From: Rhizodiscina lignyota
Lineage: Eukaryota
Assembly (NCBI GenBank): GCA_010015805.1
Contig: ML978125.1
Coordinates: 1,674,001 to 1,738,000 of the forward strand
Direction: 5' to 3'
DNA length: 64,000 nucleotides
The translations under genes were made by a program, and so were the position numbers. Below are positions 23,722-35,082 of this stretch, piece after piece. The notes below the pieces were generated by a model. It worked only from the letters and a program-made list of their open reading frames with translations. It was not told where the DNA came from and did not search any database. Each line of letters begins with the position of its first letter. Position 1 is the first letter of the stretch.

Positions 23722-25494
23722 CTACTTCATCTCCTTGTCCTTCCCATCCGGTTCCTTCGCAAGAACGGCCTCTTTCGACCCCTCCTGCTCGCCCTCCTGC
23801 TCCTTGCCAGCCTCACCAGCCTCGCTAGCCTCCTTACTCTCCTCCTCCCCCTCGTCGATATTATCCCGATCCTTCGGCGTCTCCCTGCCCGTGCTCTCCG
23901 TCTCGCTCTGCTGCACACGCTCCTCCTCAATCAGCTCCTGCTGCTCCTTCAGCACCTCGAGCCGCTGCTTGTTCGTCGCCGCGCCCTCCGCCGTGTGCAC
24001 CTCCAGCTCGATCTCGTGGAACAGCTCCTCGGGGATGCTCGACAGCACCGACTGCAGCGCGTCGATCTGGCTGTTGAACTCGGCGTCCTTGCCCTGTGCG
24101 TACATGAACGCGTTCGACAGCACCAGCAGCGTCGACGGCACCCCGTACTTGAGCCGCAGGTCTAGCCACATCTGCAGGTCGTCGCGCAGCCGGCCCGGGC
24201 TGACGCCGTGCGTGCGCAGGCCGCGCGAGGCCGCGGCAGTCTGCAGCTCGGGCACACTGAGGCTGTCGACGCCCTCGAAGCTGATGGCCCTGTCGTCGCG
24301 CTTGATCTGCCGCATGCGGTGCCGGATCTGGTAGCGCAGCAGGGTGTCGGGCCCGATGGGGTTGAGGTTCATGTAGCGGCAGATGCCGACGAGCTGGGGC
24401 CGGGAGAGGTTGTCGAGGGTGAGGTCGTCTTTGAAGAGTTTGCAGATCTTGATGATGTCGTCGGAAGAGGGGGATTCGCCGCTGGCGCGGATCTAATCGG
24501 ACGGTTAGAACGTGCCACGGAAAAGCTATTATGGACATGTGGAGTAGGATATACCTTGCGGAAGAATTCGGTAAACTCTGCGCGTTTTGCGTCGCTCACC
24601 ATCACCGGGAGGCCGGTTTCCTTCAGCGTTTCGCGGAGGAAGTTGCTCACTTCTTTCCGTGTGGTACGGAGGTTCGTGGCTTTGGCATCCTTCGCGGCTT
24701 TGCCTTCGTATGTGCTAGGTAGTAGGTTGGGAAACAATCTGAGCGCTATTGGCAACAACAATTCGGCGAATGGGACGATGATGAAGACGGAGAAGGGGAC
24801 GAGACGGCTAAGGTCCTGTACTGTACGTTGGAGCTAGAACCATACTATCAGTATCATGTCCACGGCCTATACCATTCCATGAAGATAAACATACCTGGCG
24901 ATGCTCCCTTCTCGTCAACTCATACCCCGCCGCCATCCTCAACGCCAACTTTGAACTGATCTTCACCTCTGTCGCGAGCAACTTCGTCCCGTCCCAATAA
25001 TGCACCACCTCCTTCTTAACCTTCTGCCATAGGGTAAGCTTCTTCCGCTCCTCCTGCTTCTCCACCTCCTTCCCCGTCGCCTTGCCCGCCGCCGCTTTCT
25101 CGGCCGCGAGCTCCGTCAAGCTCTGCGCCTCAACCGCTGCGGTTTTCGGGCTGGACGTAGGCTTATCCTGCGGGATTTTGACATCTGCTCTTGAGACTGA
25201 GTGAGGAGCTGAAGTTTGCTTTGACGCGGAGGCGGACTGGTCTGCTTCGGGCTGCGACTGCGACTCTTTTGGGAGCGGCTTCTTTGCCTCCTCCGAATTG
25301 AATCCCGGTGGCGGAAATTGGCTCGGTGATCCAGAGGGCGTCGACGGCTCGGTGGATATGGCCCTTCGCGGGACCAGCAGCGCAATTGCTGAGACTTGCC
25401 GTGGAAACGCGGTGGACCGCATGCGGAGTGCGCGAGGACCTGCTCCCCTTAGGAGGAGAGGGACGGCCCTCGAGGCGGCTCGATTGGCGGCCAT
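23722..25494 (-). CDS. MDM38: LETM1/Mdm38 mitochondrial inner-membrane protein (3 exons)
   Basis: Mitochondrial presequence, HYWDGTKLLA..LTRREHRQ, RLFPNLLPST, DDRAISFEGVDSLS..RGLRT. Confidence 0.88.
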
Positions 25495-26321
25495 GGTCGG
25501 GAATAGAAGTCGTAAGGAACGTATGTTATGCTGTACCGGTGTAGAAAGTCATGGAGCGTTGAAGGAGAGTGTAGTTGCTTGGTTGAGGAGTGGCAGATGT
25601 GCCGTATGCGGTCTGCAACATTTTGGTAGGGGGGTACCTGACGCTAGACTGTTTTCGGATGTAGCTATGTAGACGTCACTTCACTCCATGTGAATTGCTC
25701 GAAATTTCCAAGTCAAATTGCCGCACATCTATCTTCCGCTGCTCGCACACGCATTGGTCGAGCTAGTTCGACCTTGGTCCTTCTTCCTAGAAGTCGATCC
25801 GGCGGACTTGCACGCTTAAAGACGTCGGCAGAGATTCGATCAAACGCCAGCTGCGTATTGCCTGGACATCCATTTGCTCCTCATGGGTGTCCTTCCCATT
25901 CCCTGTGGATGCACCGGTCGATCCCAACTTGACCATAATTCGCGGTATATTCGCACAGGTCAAACTCGGGCGCTGTTACGTTCCGTGAGCAAGTCGGGAA
26001 GCACTCTGCAAAAGTAGCCGCTAGTTGGAATCCCCCACTCGCGTCGTTTCCAATATTCGGACATATCGTCCTTTTCCAAGAAAAGAGCATGTGGAATTAT
26101 GGGGGTGTCTTTGTCGATGTTTTTATATGCTGCTAGAGCTGCCGATTCGCGATTTTCGGAGACAGTCCTGAGTGCACCAAATTATGCTCGAATAGCGGAC
26201 CAACCATTTCCAAGGGTGCACGCTCAAATTCTGCTATGAGACACTCCCAAGGATGACAGCGGACATCCAAAAAATTTAATATAAATAAGGAAAAAGAGTA
26301 TGACAAAAAAGTCAAAAAGAA

Positions 26322-26467
26322 TAGGCCCAACCGAGATTCGAACGGGGGTCGAATCGAAGTTGGGCCTAGTTCCCATAAACCCCACAGCCCCAGCCGGTTG
26401 GCTGGAGGTGTGCAAGGAGGTAGCTTAGCTCAAGTCAGGGTGCGGCTAACCGCTGAGCCATACTACC
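26322..26467 (-). ncRNA. Candidate Pol III-transcribed, tRNA-related structured RNA (or tRNA pseudogene / SINE head)
   Basis: Minus strand starts GGTAGTA-TGGCTCAGCGG (A box), contains GTTCGAATC (B box), and is followed by T5/T6 runs at 26305-26318. TATA-like tract ~30-40 nt upstream. Three hairpins; a canonical cloverleaf does not form. Confidence 0.55.
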
Positions 26468-26885
26468 TATTCGTCCGACAGTTGCTAATTCGAAATTGTA
26501 TATATAGTTAAGAATATACCTAACACTGAGCCTCTGCAGCCTCCTGAACCCTGCGGGGCCTTCGCAAACTGCCTTTCTATCTGAAGTCGAGCAATCTGTC
26601 GCCCCGCTGTCTGCCTAACCACAAACAAAAGGGCTCCTTGTCAACAGTCCCGATCATATGCACTTTCTTTCAGCATCTCACTTCCAAACAACCTCCACAC
26701 AAATTCTACACAACTCCTGAAAGAATCAAAGACAGGCCTCACACCACAACATCAAATAAGAGGTCAGCAGCTGTGCATTATATTATACTCCTAATTTGAA
26801 GTATGCAGGTTTTCGGGCGACACTCCCAACAACCGCACGCTAGCGGACGACTTGAGATCTTCGACAGGACCACCGCACCACACCT

Positions 26886-27389
26886 TTGAACATCATGGGG
26901 GGTTACAAATTGGTGAACAGAGGCGAAGCGATGACACCGGCCGATAATCGCGATACCGGTGATGCCATGGATATGAGCGATGAGCCCCAGGTCGCGCCAA
27001 ATCCCGGCATTCTCATCACTTCGCCTAACGGCACTGAAACTGCTCCCGACGGGGGAACGCCTGAGGAAGCGTTTCTCCGAAGGATGGCAACGGGCACGGA
27101 ACAGGGCAGCCGCGCCGCAAGTTCACCACCACCGCCGGCATCCCAGCCATCCACCAGCAATGTGCCTCTAACTAGGGCCAGCGACACAGACGCCAGCACC
27201 ACGGCCTTCGACTTGGACACCAGCTCCGACGACGAGAGTCCCCCAGCTGCCGCTCGGCGTGTCCTCCCTCTTCCCCGTCGCGCCAGGACGCAGGCGTCGA
27301 ACAGCAGCGGGCATGCAGAAAGCAGCCAGCAGAGCCCTACGAACGAGCAGACGGATCTGGGTGTCACGGAGGAGGGCCAGCGACGTTAG
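26886..27389 (+). CDS. Hypothetical low-complexity (S/P/A/T-rich) protein; gene status uncertain
   Basis: 167-codon ORF with disordered composition and no recognisable motif. Confidence 0.3.
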   Translation: MNIMGGYKLVNRGEAMTPADNRDTGDAMDMSDEPQVAPNPGILITSPNGTETAPDGGTPEEAFLRRMATGTEQGSRAASSPPPPASQPSTSNVPLTRASDTDASTTAFDLDTSSDDESPPAAARRVLPLPRRARTQASNSSGHAESSQQSPTNEQTDLGVTEEGQRR

Positions 27390-28205
27390 GCTTGGGTGCT
27401 CTGAGGGAGCTGAACGGGCTGAATGAAGCTTTCGTCGATCTCGCAGACCCCGTTGAGTACGCACCGGTCGCGAAAGAACTAGCGTTCACGTAGTACGACG
27501 AAATTGAAAGAACGAATTTACTTCGCGCTTCAAGAACTTCATGCATGTTGTGTACGATCGCTTCGGAATAACGATTTTTGGGCAGCTAATGGCTTCATAA
27601 CATCCATTCTCTTACGTCCCTTTCCCTCTCTCGACTTCGTCACATAACGCCTTGAATATTGATAGCCAATGGAAGCGCTGTTCCTCCATTACAATCTCAC
27701 AGCCTGAAAAGCTTCCTTATGTCTGAAATCTGCTTGTTCCTATCGTAACCGCACTGCACTTGAACTCTGAGCATAATCTACAACGCCCTTTCTTCTAAAG
27801 CAATCGCGCTGGGCATCAAACTTTGAGACGATATTGAATTGCTGCTCTTCTTCTCTAACCGCATAGTCCTTTGGCGTCTATGAGCATCTGAAATGCCCTG
27901 CATTCCGTCGTAACTGTACAGTGTGCTAATTTGGAACAGATGCTGATACGTTATTCCTCTACCGCGGCCCTACGACATTTGCATCTTCAATTATTTTTTT
28001 TGTCAACCCATTCAATTTCTCTTGTATTAAAGGCGATGAATTCCCGATCGCGGATGTTATTTGCGCCGTGGCCGGGTGCTTCTTCCTTAGAGGTAATCGC
28101 CGCGTAGCGGACGATAACCTTCGACCGACGACATCTCTCGACCTATAGCCACTTCATCTATTACCTTCCCTAATCCATCACATCTCCCTTCTTATATTTA
28201 TCAGT

Positions 28206-29041
28206 ATGACGTCTGTATTTAAAGTTGTTAATCTATCCTATAAAGAAGACGACTCTAACGTCGATAAAGACTTCGAGGGCGAAGAGGACCTTGAAGGCAC
28301 GCTATCTACATTATCTTTTAAGAAAGACGATCTTAAGGTACTTGTAGTCGATAAATCACCTGAGGATCACTAGGAGCCCATATCTGAAGATAAAGACGGA
28401 GAAGAAGAAGACTATTTCCTCGAACAAGAATGCTTTAGCCGTGAACAGCTACTAGCTAGGGAAGACGTGGAACCGGAAGATGAGGACTTCGACAACCTTG
28501 AAGTCAAGCATAAGGACGATTTGCATAACGAAGATATGCATAGCTCATGGACGAACACGAGCATGGTTTGAAGGATAAAGACATAGAAGCACCCAAAGAT
28601 AAGCAAGAACATAGTTCAAATAATGAAGTCCTCGATTACTCTAGACATTACCACGATGACGTTAACCACGAAGATGAAGGCAGCCAAGATTCAGACAGCG
28701 AAGATGAAGTGTGGAAAGCCAAGCAGTACGCGATATCGAAGAGGATCCGCGACCGAAAGATAAAGGACCCGGCGTATAAAGCAGCATATAATACCAAGAA
28801 GTTAGCATATCGCAATTCCGTCAAGCATACTACAAAGTTCAAAGCTACTGCCGCTGACGCTGATAAGAAGCGCCGCGAGAATCATAGGGCTCTTGATATA
28901 CCAGACAACAAATTTCGAAGATGTAATCCCTGTGGTAAATGGGTGGTCGCCGCGCCTGTTTTCTGGGAAAAATTGAGGCAAAACGACATGTGCGGAAAGA
29001 CAAAGGTGTCGGGCCGAGCGTTTAGAAATATCCCAAGGTGA
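28206..29041 (+). pseudogene. Degenerate acidic/basic low-complexity ORF with an internal stop and a frameshift
   Basis: ATG 28206 reads MTSVFKVVNLSYKEDD...PEDH, TAG at 28371-28373, then continues acidic (EPISEDKDGEEED...) and shifts frame into ORF 28547..29041. Confidence 0.45.
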
Positions 29042-29156
29042 TCGCGCTAAGCGCGCGTATGTCGCTTAATACAACGACGTGCCTACGAGATGAGGAAATG
29101 GGGAACGGAACAAACCTCACTTTACATGGCCTTTGCAGCTCATTAAACGCTTGAAG

Positions 29157-31890
29157 ATGCCACCGTCTGGTGCAGATGGCGCGGCAGCCTCTGGCCGTAC
29201 TCTGTTTGCCAGAGGTGCTCCCACTTTCGACCTCGAGACTTTCTCGGTAAGGATTGTAGCTCAAGTTATTCTTTGAGTTCTCTTACTAAGACCATAGCAG
29301 AGCAAAGACTTCATAGTCAAGGATTTTATAGAGGCGCTGTCAGACAGCGCTGTTCCTGCCAGCCGGCGATCTGGCCCATCCAGCGCCCAGTGTATGGCGA
29401 GACTCCAATCCTGAAACTACGAGTCGTTAACAGCACCTTACAGCCGCGTTCGACCCGAAACCGCTCATTCGTACATTCGAAGCCGCCGTCTCACGACTAG
29501 GCGCCCTTTCAGAAGAGCTCGAGACTCACGAGAACGAACTCTCGGGCTCCGTCCGACGCGCCGAAGCGCAGCACAACCAAAACGTCGCGTCGCTCGAGAA
29601 GAAGCTAGAGGGTGCCATTGAATCCTTCAACCGCCTTGACAGCTCCCTTAATGGCGGTGTCGTTGATGGCAGCGACGGTGATGCTGGCGGAAATGTAGCC
29701 ATGCGGATAGGAGAACGGCTGGAGGAGTTGGACAAACAAAGACAACGAGCTCAGGACGCGAAGTTTCTCATACAATGCTGGGTTGAGGTCAGCGAAAAGG
29801 GACGGTTATCTACTCTTGAAGATGTGCGGCGGATAGGAGGCAGCGAGGGCAAAGTACGATGTGCGCATATAGCCAGGCAACTTCTCAGACTGAGCGCGAG
29901 ACTTGATTCAGGGCCATCACCAGCAGTGAACGGCGCAGCACGGAATGGGGCCAATGGTGTCAATGGTGTCAGCTCAAGCAAGCATCCGACCAGAGAGATT
30001 ATCGAAAAGTTCCTCGAGCAGTTGGAGAAGGATTTGCTAAAGGAATTCGACGATCATTACAGAAAGGCAAACTTTGAAGCCATGAAAGAATGCGCTGTTG
30101 CCTTGAGAGATTTCAATGACGGAGCCAGTGTCATGGCACTCTTCGTCAACCAGCACCAATTCTTCATCGACCGCAGCCAACTAATTACCGAAGAGATCAC
30201 TGGAGATAACGAGTCATGGGAGCGACTGGCGGACCCAGACGCGGAGCCTCCAGGCGTTGAGCCCAGCCTTCAGTCACTGGTTGATGAAGTGCGACTTGTC
30301 GTGCAGGAAGAATCCTTCATCATCAAGCGGGCCTTCCCTTATTATGACGAAGTCTTACAACGGTTTCTTCAGCGTGTCTTCCAGCAGTCTGTCCAACAGC
30401 GCCTTGAAATGGTACTAGAGAAGGCCAACTCCATATCATCTCTAGCATTCCTCCGGTCTCTCCATTCCGCTCGGAGCTACATCAATACTTTAGTAGAAGA
30501 ACTCAAAGCTCATGGGTTGACTGAGCATCCGGAGCCAGTGTCCTCCCAGATTGCCGCAACCCTCGATCAGCAACTGGACGAGCTCTTCGTCCCTTATTTT
30601 GTCGGTTCATCCTACATTGAACGCGAAAAGCGCAACCTCGAGGAACTCTATTCCTCACTCCTCTTCAAATTCACAACCTACCACTCCCGCCGAAGAAAAA
30701 TGCCCACCACCATGATTGCTGCGCTCAGTCAGCGAAGTCGGGAAATGATGGCTTCCGCGCGCGATGCGTACATAGACCGACTCGACTCCACAGATCTGCC
30801 GGCCTCGCAGAAAGCGATGCTCCTGCGCGTCGCAGGCCTCAAGGACGCCGACAACGAAAAGAAGGCTGAAATCGAAGTATCAGAAGAGGACGGCGCGCTC
30901 AGCCTCTCTAATGCAAAGCGCATGCTCAAATGGCTCGCCGAAGGTGTGGGCCGCGGTCTCGAGCTGTCGTCAAGCACCGACACGCCAAAGGACGCGCAAG
31001 CACTCCTTGGCCTCCTGCTCTCCAGCATGGGTGAGATATACGTCGAAACAGCACTCGATGCGACCGCGGAAGTCGCGCTTGCGCAAGAATCCGCGAGGAA
31101 CGAACCAGACCTATCATACCTGCCCCCTCTCCGCAACGCCATATCGATCCTGCACATCCTCCAAACCTCCATCACAACGATGCTCATCCCACTCGCGAAG
31201 CCAAATCTTACCATCCGCCGCGAAATCGACAAGGCGACTGCAGCATCACTGTCCGCTCTAGAAACCAAGATCTCAATAATCCTGAACCGCGCTCTCGACG
31301 CCGCGCTCGCGTGGACCGCAAAGCTGCTCCAGAGCCAGAAGAAGACAGACTTCCGCCCGCGCGAGGAGGACTTGGGAAAGATGGTCGAGACGCTCCAGAC
31401 ACCCACCTGCCTCTCGATATTCCAGTTCCTGTCAAAAGTCGCGGGCTACACGTCCGCAGCGCTCGACGGCGCAAACATGAGCCACTTCCTTGCGGAGCTG
31501 GCGATGGGCCTGAGGGGCCTGCTTCTCGAGCACCTACGCAAGTTCACCGTCAGTCTGGCCGGCGGGCTGATCGTGAGCAAGGACGTAACGAAGTACGTCG
31601 AACTTGTTCGAGGCTGGCCTATCGGGACAAGAGGTGACTCTTCCAGCAGTCCAAAACCTGATGAGCCAGAGACGGAGTTTGAGAGGACAGGAGGCATGGA
31701 GGTTCTAGTGGAAGTCGCCAATTTATTTGTCGTCGGACCAGAGGCGCTGAGGGAGAAGCTGAAGCCTGTTCCTGGTGGGAGTGGACAAGGCGGGCGGAGC
31801 GCAGAGGAGGTGGCAGAATTGAGGGAGTTTGTGAAGAGAAGGGAAGACTTGGGCAGTGTGGGCATGCAGGCTGTTTTGTCTTCCGTCTAA
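29157..31890 (+). CDS. SEC10: Exocyst complex component Sec10 (3 exons)
   Basis: Spliced N-terminus ...TFDLETFS|SKDFIVKDFIEAL..AFDPKPLIRTFE joins ORF 29701..31890 (RIGERLEELD, FVNQHQFF, QKKTDFRP). Confidence 0.9.
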
Positions 31891-32576
31891 TTTACGCGTG
31901 GGTTAAGAGTGTTGGCGACGTGGACAATCTCCTCCAGATAGGGTTTTAGCTCCGGGTGGTGGGCCATAAACTCTGTAACGGCGGCATTTCTGGCTACAGA
32001 GAGGGCTTCCACACAATACACTACCTCAACACAAAAGGTCTCAGCAAACAAGCTCAAGCTATGGCCGACAACATGGGTCTATGCTTCGCATTCCGCGAGA
32101 CCTTCAATTACACCGTTGCGGAGTTTTGTGGCGCACCATCCGGAATTGAAGCTTTATCTGGAGATCGTCGATATCGCCGACACGTTTCCCCCGTAGCGCG
32201 ACGTCTCTGGCACGCATGGCTTGGAGTTTTCAGAGTCACGTTGGCACGAATAGGAGCCTTATGTATGAAAGAAAGATACCATTCTAGCTATTGAACCTAT
32301 ACTTGACATAACCTCAACCCCAATTTTGTAGAATCCAACCGTCCCAGGCGAATCGAACCGCTGGGCGGTGTATTGAACAGCAAGCTACCATCCGAACCTT
32401 CAGGCGAATCAAACCGCAGAAAGGTGTAATGAACAGCAAGCTGCCACTAGTTGAAACAGAAGTTAAATGAAAAGAAGCACTTTTAGACGCCGTACGAGAG
32501 AGAGCCGAGTGCATCGGAGAAAAGGAAATTCGAGTCTTTCATGGTCGTGCAATCCTTGGAGTATGAGATTTGAACC

Positions 32577-34285
32577 TTAGAAGGTGACCTTCGTGCCTTG
32601 GAAGTCTCCGAAGCCGCCACGGTTCGTAGAGCTGAACGAGCCACCACGACCGCCGCGTCCTCCACGACCGCCACGACCACCTCCACGGCCACCACGGTCG
32701 TTGAAGCCACCGCGACCACCACGGCCACCACCACGGCCACCGCCGAAGCCACCGCCGAAGCCACCACCGAAGTTACCACGACCTCCGCGGCCACCAGAAC
32801 CGGCGTTGTCAGGTCGAGGGCCGGCGAAATCAAGTCTGAGAGGACGTCCAGCAATCTCCTTGCCCATCATGTTGTCAATAGCAGCCTGCGCCTCGTCGAC
32901 TGTGCTGAAGCTGATGTAGCCGAAGCCCTTTGGGTTTCCAGTCTCCCTGTCAGTAGGAAGGGAAACGCGAGTGATCTCGCCGAACTCAGCGAACGCTTCA
33001 GACACGAGATCATTCGTGCAGTCGAAGGAGAGGTTGCCGAGGAAGAGGGTCTCGGAGGGGTTGCTGCGCTTATCGCCATATCGGTCGCTACGGTTCTGGG
33101 GAGCACTGTCGTTCTTCGGGGTGCGGGCAGCGCCAAGGTCAACGCGGATATTGCGACCGTCGACCATTGCACCATTCTTCTCCTCGAGTGCCTTTGCGGC
33201 ATCGGCAGGGTCGGCGAAGTCAACATAGCCATAACTAGTAACATGTGTCAGTTAAGGGAATCAAATGATAGAGATATGCTTTGCACATACCCCTTGGAGC
33301 GGCCACTGTCTCTGTCAGTGATAACACGGCAGCCGACAATCTCGCCGAAGCCCTCAAACTCGCGAGTGAGCCAATCTTCATCAACATTCCAGCTGAGGTT
33401 GCCAACGAAGAGGTTCTTGGTGGCCGGAGTGGATGGGTCTACTTCAGTGGTCTTGGACTTCTTCGGAGCAGGTGTGACAGGCTCATCAGCCTTGCGCTTC
33501 TTCGATGGAGCTTCGTCTTCCTCATCACTGTCATCATCAGACTCCTCAGAATCTGCTTCTTCCTCGTCATCTTCGTCATCATCATCCTCATCAGAAGAGT
33601 CTGCGGCAGCCTTCTTCGCAACTCCATTAGCCTTGGCCTTGGCTGGGGCCTTCTTGTCATCCTCGTCCTCGCTGCTCTCGCTCTCGTCCGAAGTGTCGTC
33701 TTCCTCAGCGCCAGCAGCGGTATTTGAAGTGGACTTGGGCGCAGCAGCCTTCTTAGCGCTCTTAGCATCGTCAGAGTCTTCCTCAGAGTCCTCTTCATCA
33801 TCCTCGGCAGAATCATCTTCGTCGTCATCGGCAGCAGCCTTCGGCTTTGCAGCGCCGTTGACCTTTGGTGCCGAGGCCTTCTTGGCCGGCTTCTCATCCT
33901 CTACGTCTTCCTCGCTGTCATCTTCTTCAGAGTCGTCATCGGCAACTGCTTTCGCAGAGCCGTTAGCCTTTGGCTTGGCAGCGCCAGCGTCTTCCATCTC
34001 GCTGTCGCTTGCCGAGGCGTCACTGTCCTCTTCGTCTTCGCTGCTCTCAGAATCTTCAGACTCGGGCTCTGGAGTAGGCTCCTTGACCTTCTTAGCCTTC
34101 TTGTTTCGCTTCTCCAAATTCGCGACAGCTTGCTTAGCCATCTCCTTCTTCTTGGTCACAGGTGTCTGAGCAGGTTTTGTCACACGACCCTCTTTGACAG
34201 GAGGGACGGCCTTCGTTGGTTTCGAAGTGCCTTTCACGGCCTTGGCGTCCTTCGCCGGCTTCGATTGATGCTTTGAGCTAGCCAT
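32577..34285 (-). CDS. NSR1: Nucleolin-like protein Nsr1/Gar2 (acidic/Ser N-terminus, two RRMs, RGG tail)
   Basis: LFVGNLSW, RSKG|YGYVDF, LFLGNLSF, KGFGYISF and GAR repeats. Coding intron ~33235-33290. Confidence 0.92.
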
Positions 34286-34302
34286 TATGATGGAAACTCA
34301 GT

Positions 34303-34745
34303 CTGTGAGAGAAGGTTGGTTAGCAGTGCGCAAAAAAATTTCAAATGAGCCACAAATTTGCAATGTCTGGGTCGTTACGACTCTAGGAATTCCCGTGCAG
34401 ACAATGATCTCCCCTCGATGAGCGGAGATGCTAGCCAAGATGGCGTCCTCACGATCTCGCACTTGATGCAGCAAGTAATGAAAGCCCTCAGTTCTCGACG
34501 AAGCGACAGTGTGTTAAGCCCACGAAAGCCCACAGAGCCCACGAACGAACAAGACGCTGATGTATGCTGCAAGGCAATGCGTTCCCACAAGGAGCCGAGC
34601 AAGAAAAACAATCAGGATTCAAAGCCCACAGTAGCCACAAGCCCTCAGAAGATTGAACACTCGCGCCGGCGCAGCACGGTGAATTGAATGAAGCCCACAG
34701 TGCAAGAAGTTTGAACGAACCGACAATGTATCTCAGTTTGCTCAC
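34303..34745 (-). promoter_or_regulatory. Predicted 5'UTR intron of NSR1 with repeated GTGGGCT motifs and RRPE/PAC-like elements
   Basis: Donor GTGAGC at 34745, branch GCTAAC near 34319-34324, acceptor CAG at 34303-34305. TGAAATTTTTT and GATGAG present. Confidence 0.55.
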
Positions 34746-35082
34746 TGATGTTGAATTCCCCTCTTGAATGATGTAACAAGATGTGTCGACGATGCAGTCG
34801 AAACGATTCGATGAAAGGTGAGAGTGTAGAGAAGGAGGTTTGCAAAATTGGCAGGCGGGGACTTGAAAAGTTAAGATTCTGCCGCCGCTAGCGATGCACG
34901 TGCTTCACCGCCTTCCCAGCCTCCGGTTCTAACCCGATTCGGACCCCTGTACCAAATTTCGCGGACCAGAAAGCTGTCAAGAGAAGATACCACGTATATT
35001 GTCGACACTTTTCAATCCCTCTCTCATTATTTTCTTGTCTCTCCTTAAAACTATATGATGAGGTTGTTCAGGTGTCGTTAAA

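Noticed and set aside
26322..26467. Functional canonical tRNA-Ser(TGA)/Gln with an intron
   Set aside because: Acceptor, D and T stems are mismatched; kept only as a non-canonical ncRNA candidate.
32598..34169. 523-aa antisense ORF
   Set aside because: Mirror of biased, low-complexity NSR1 codons.
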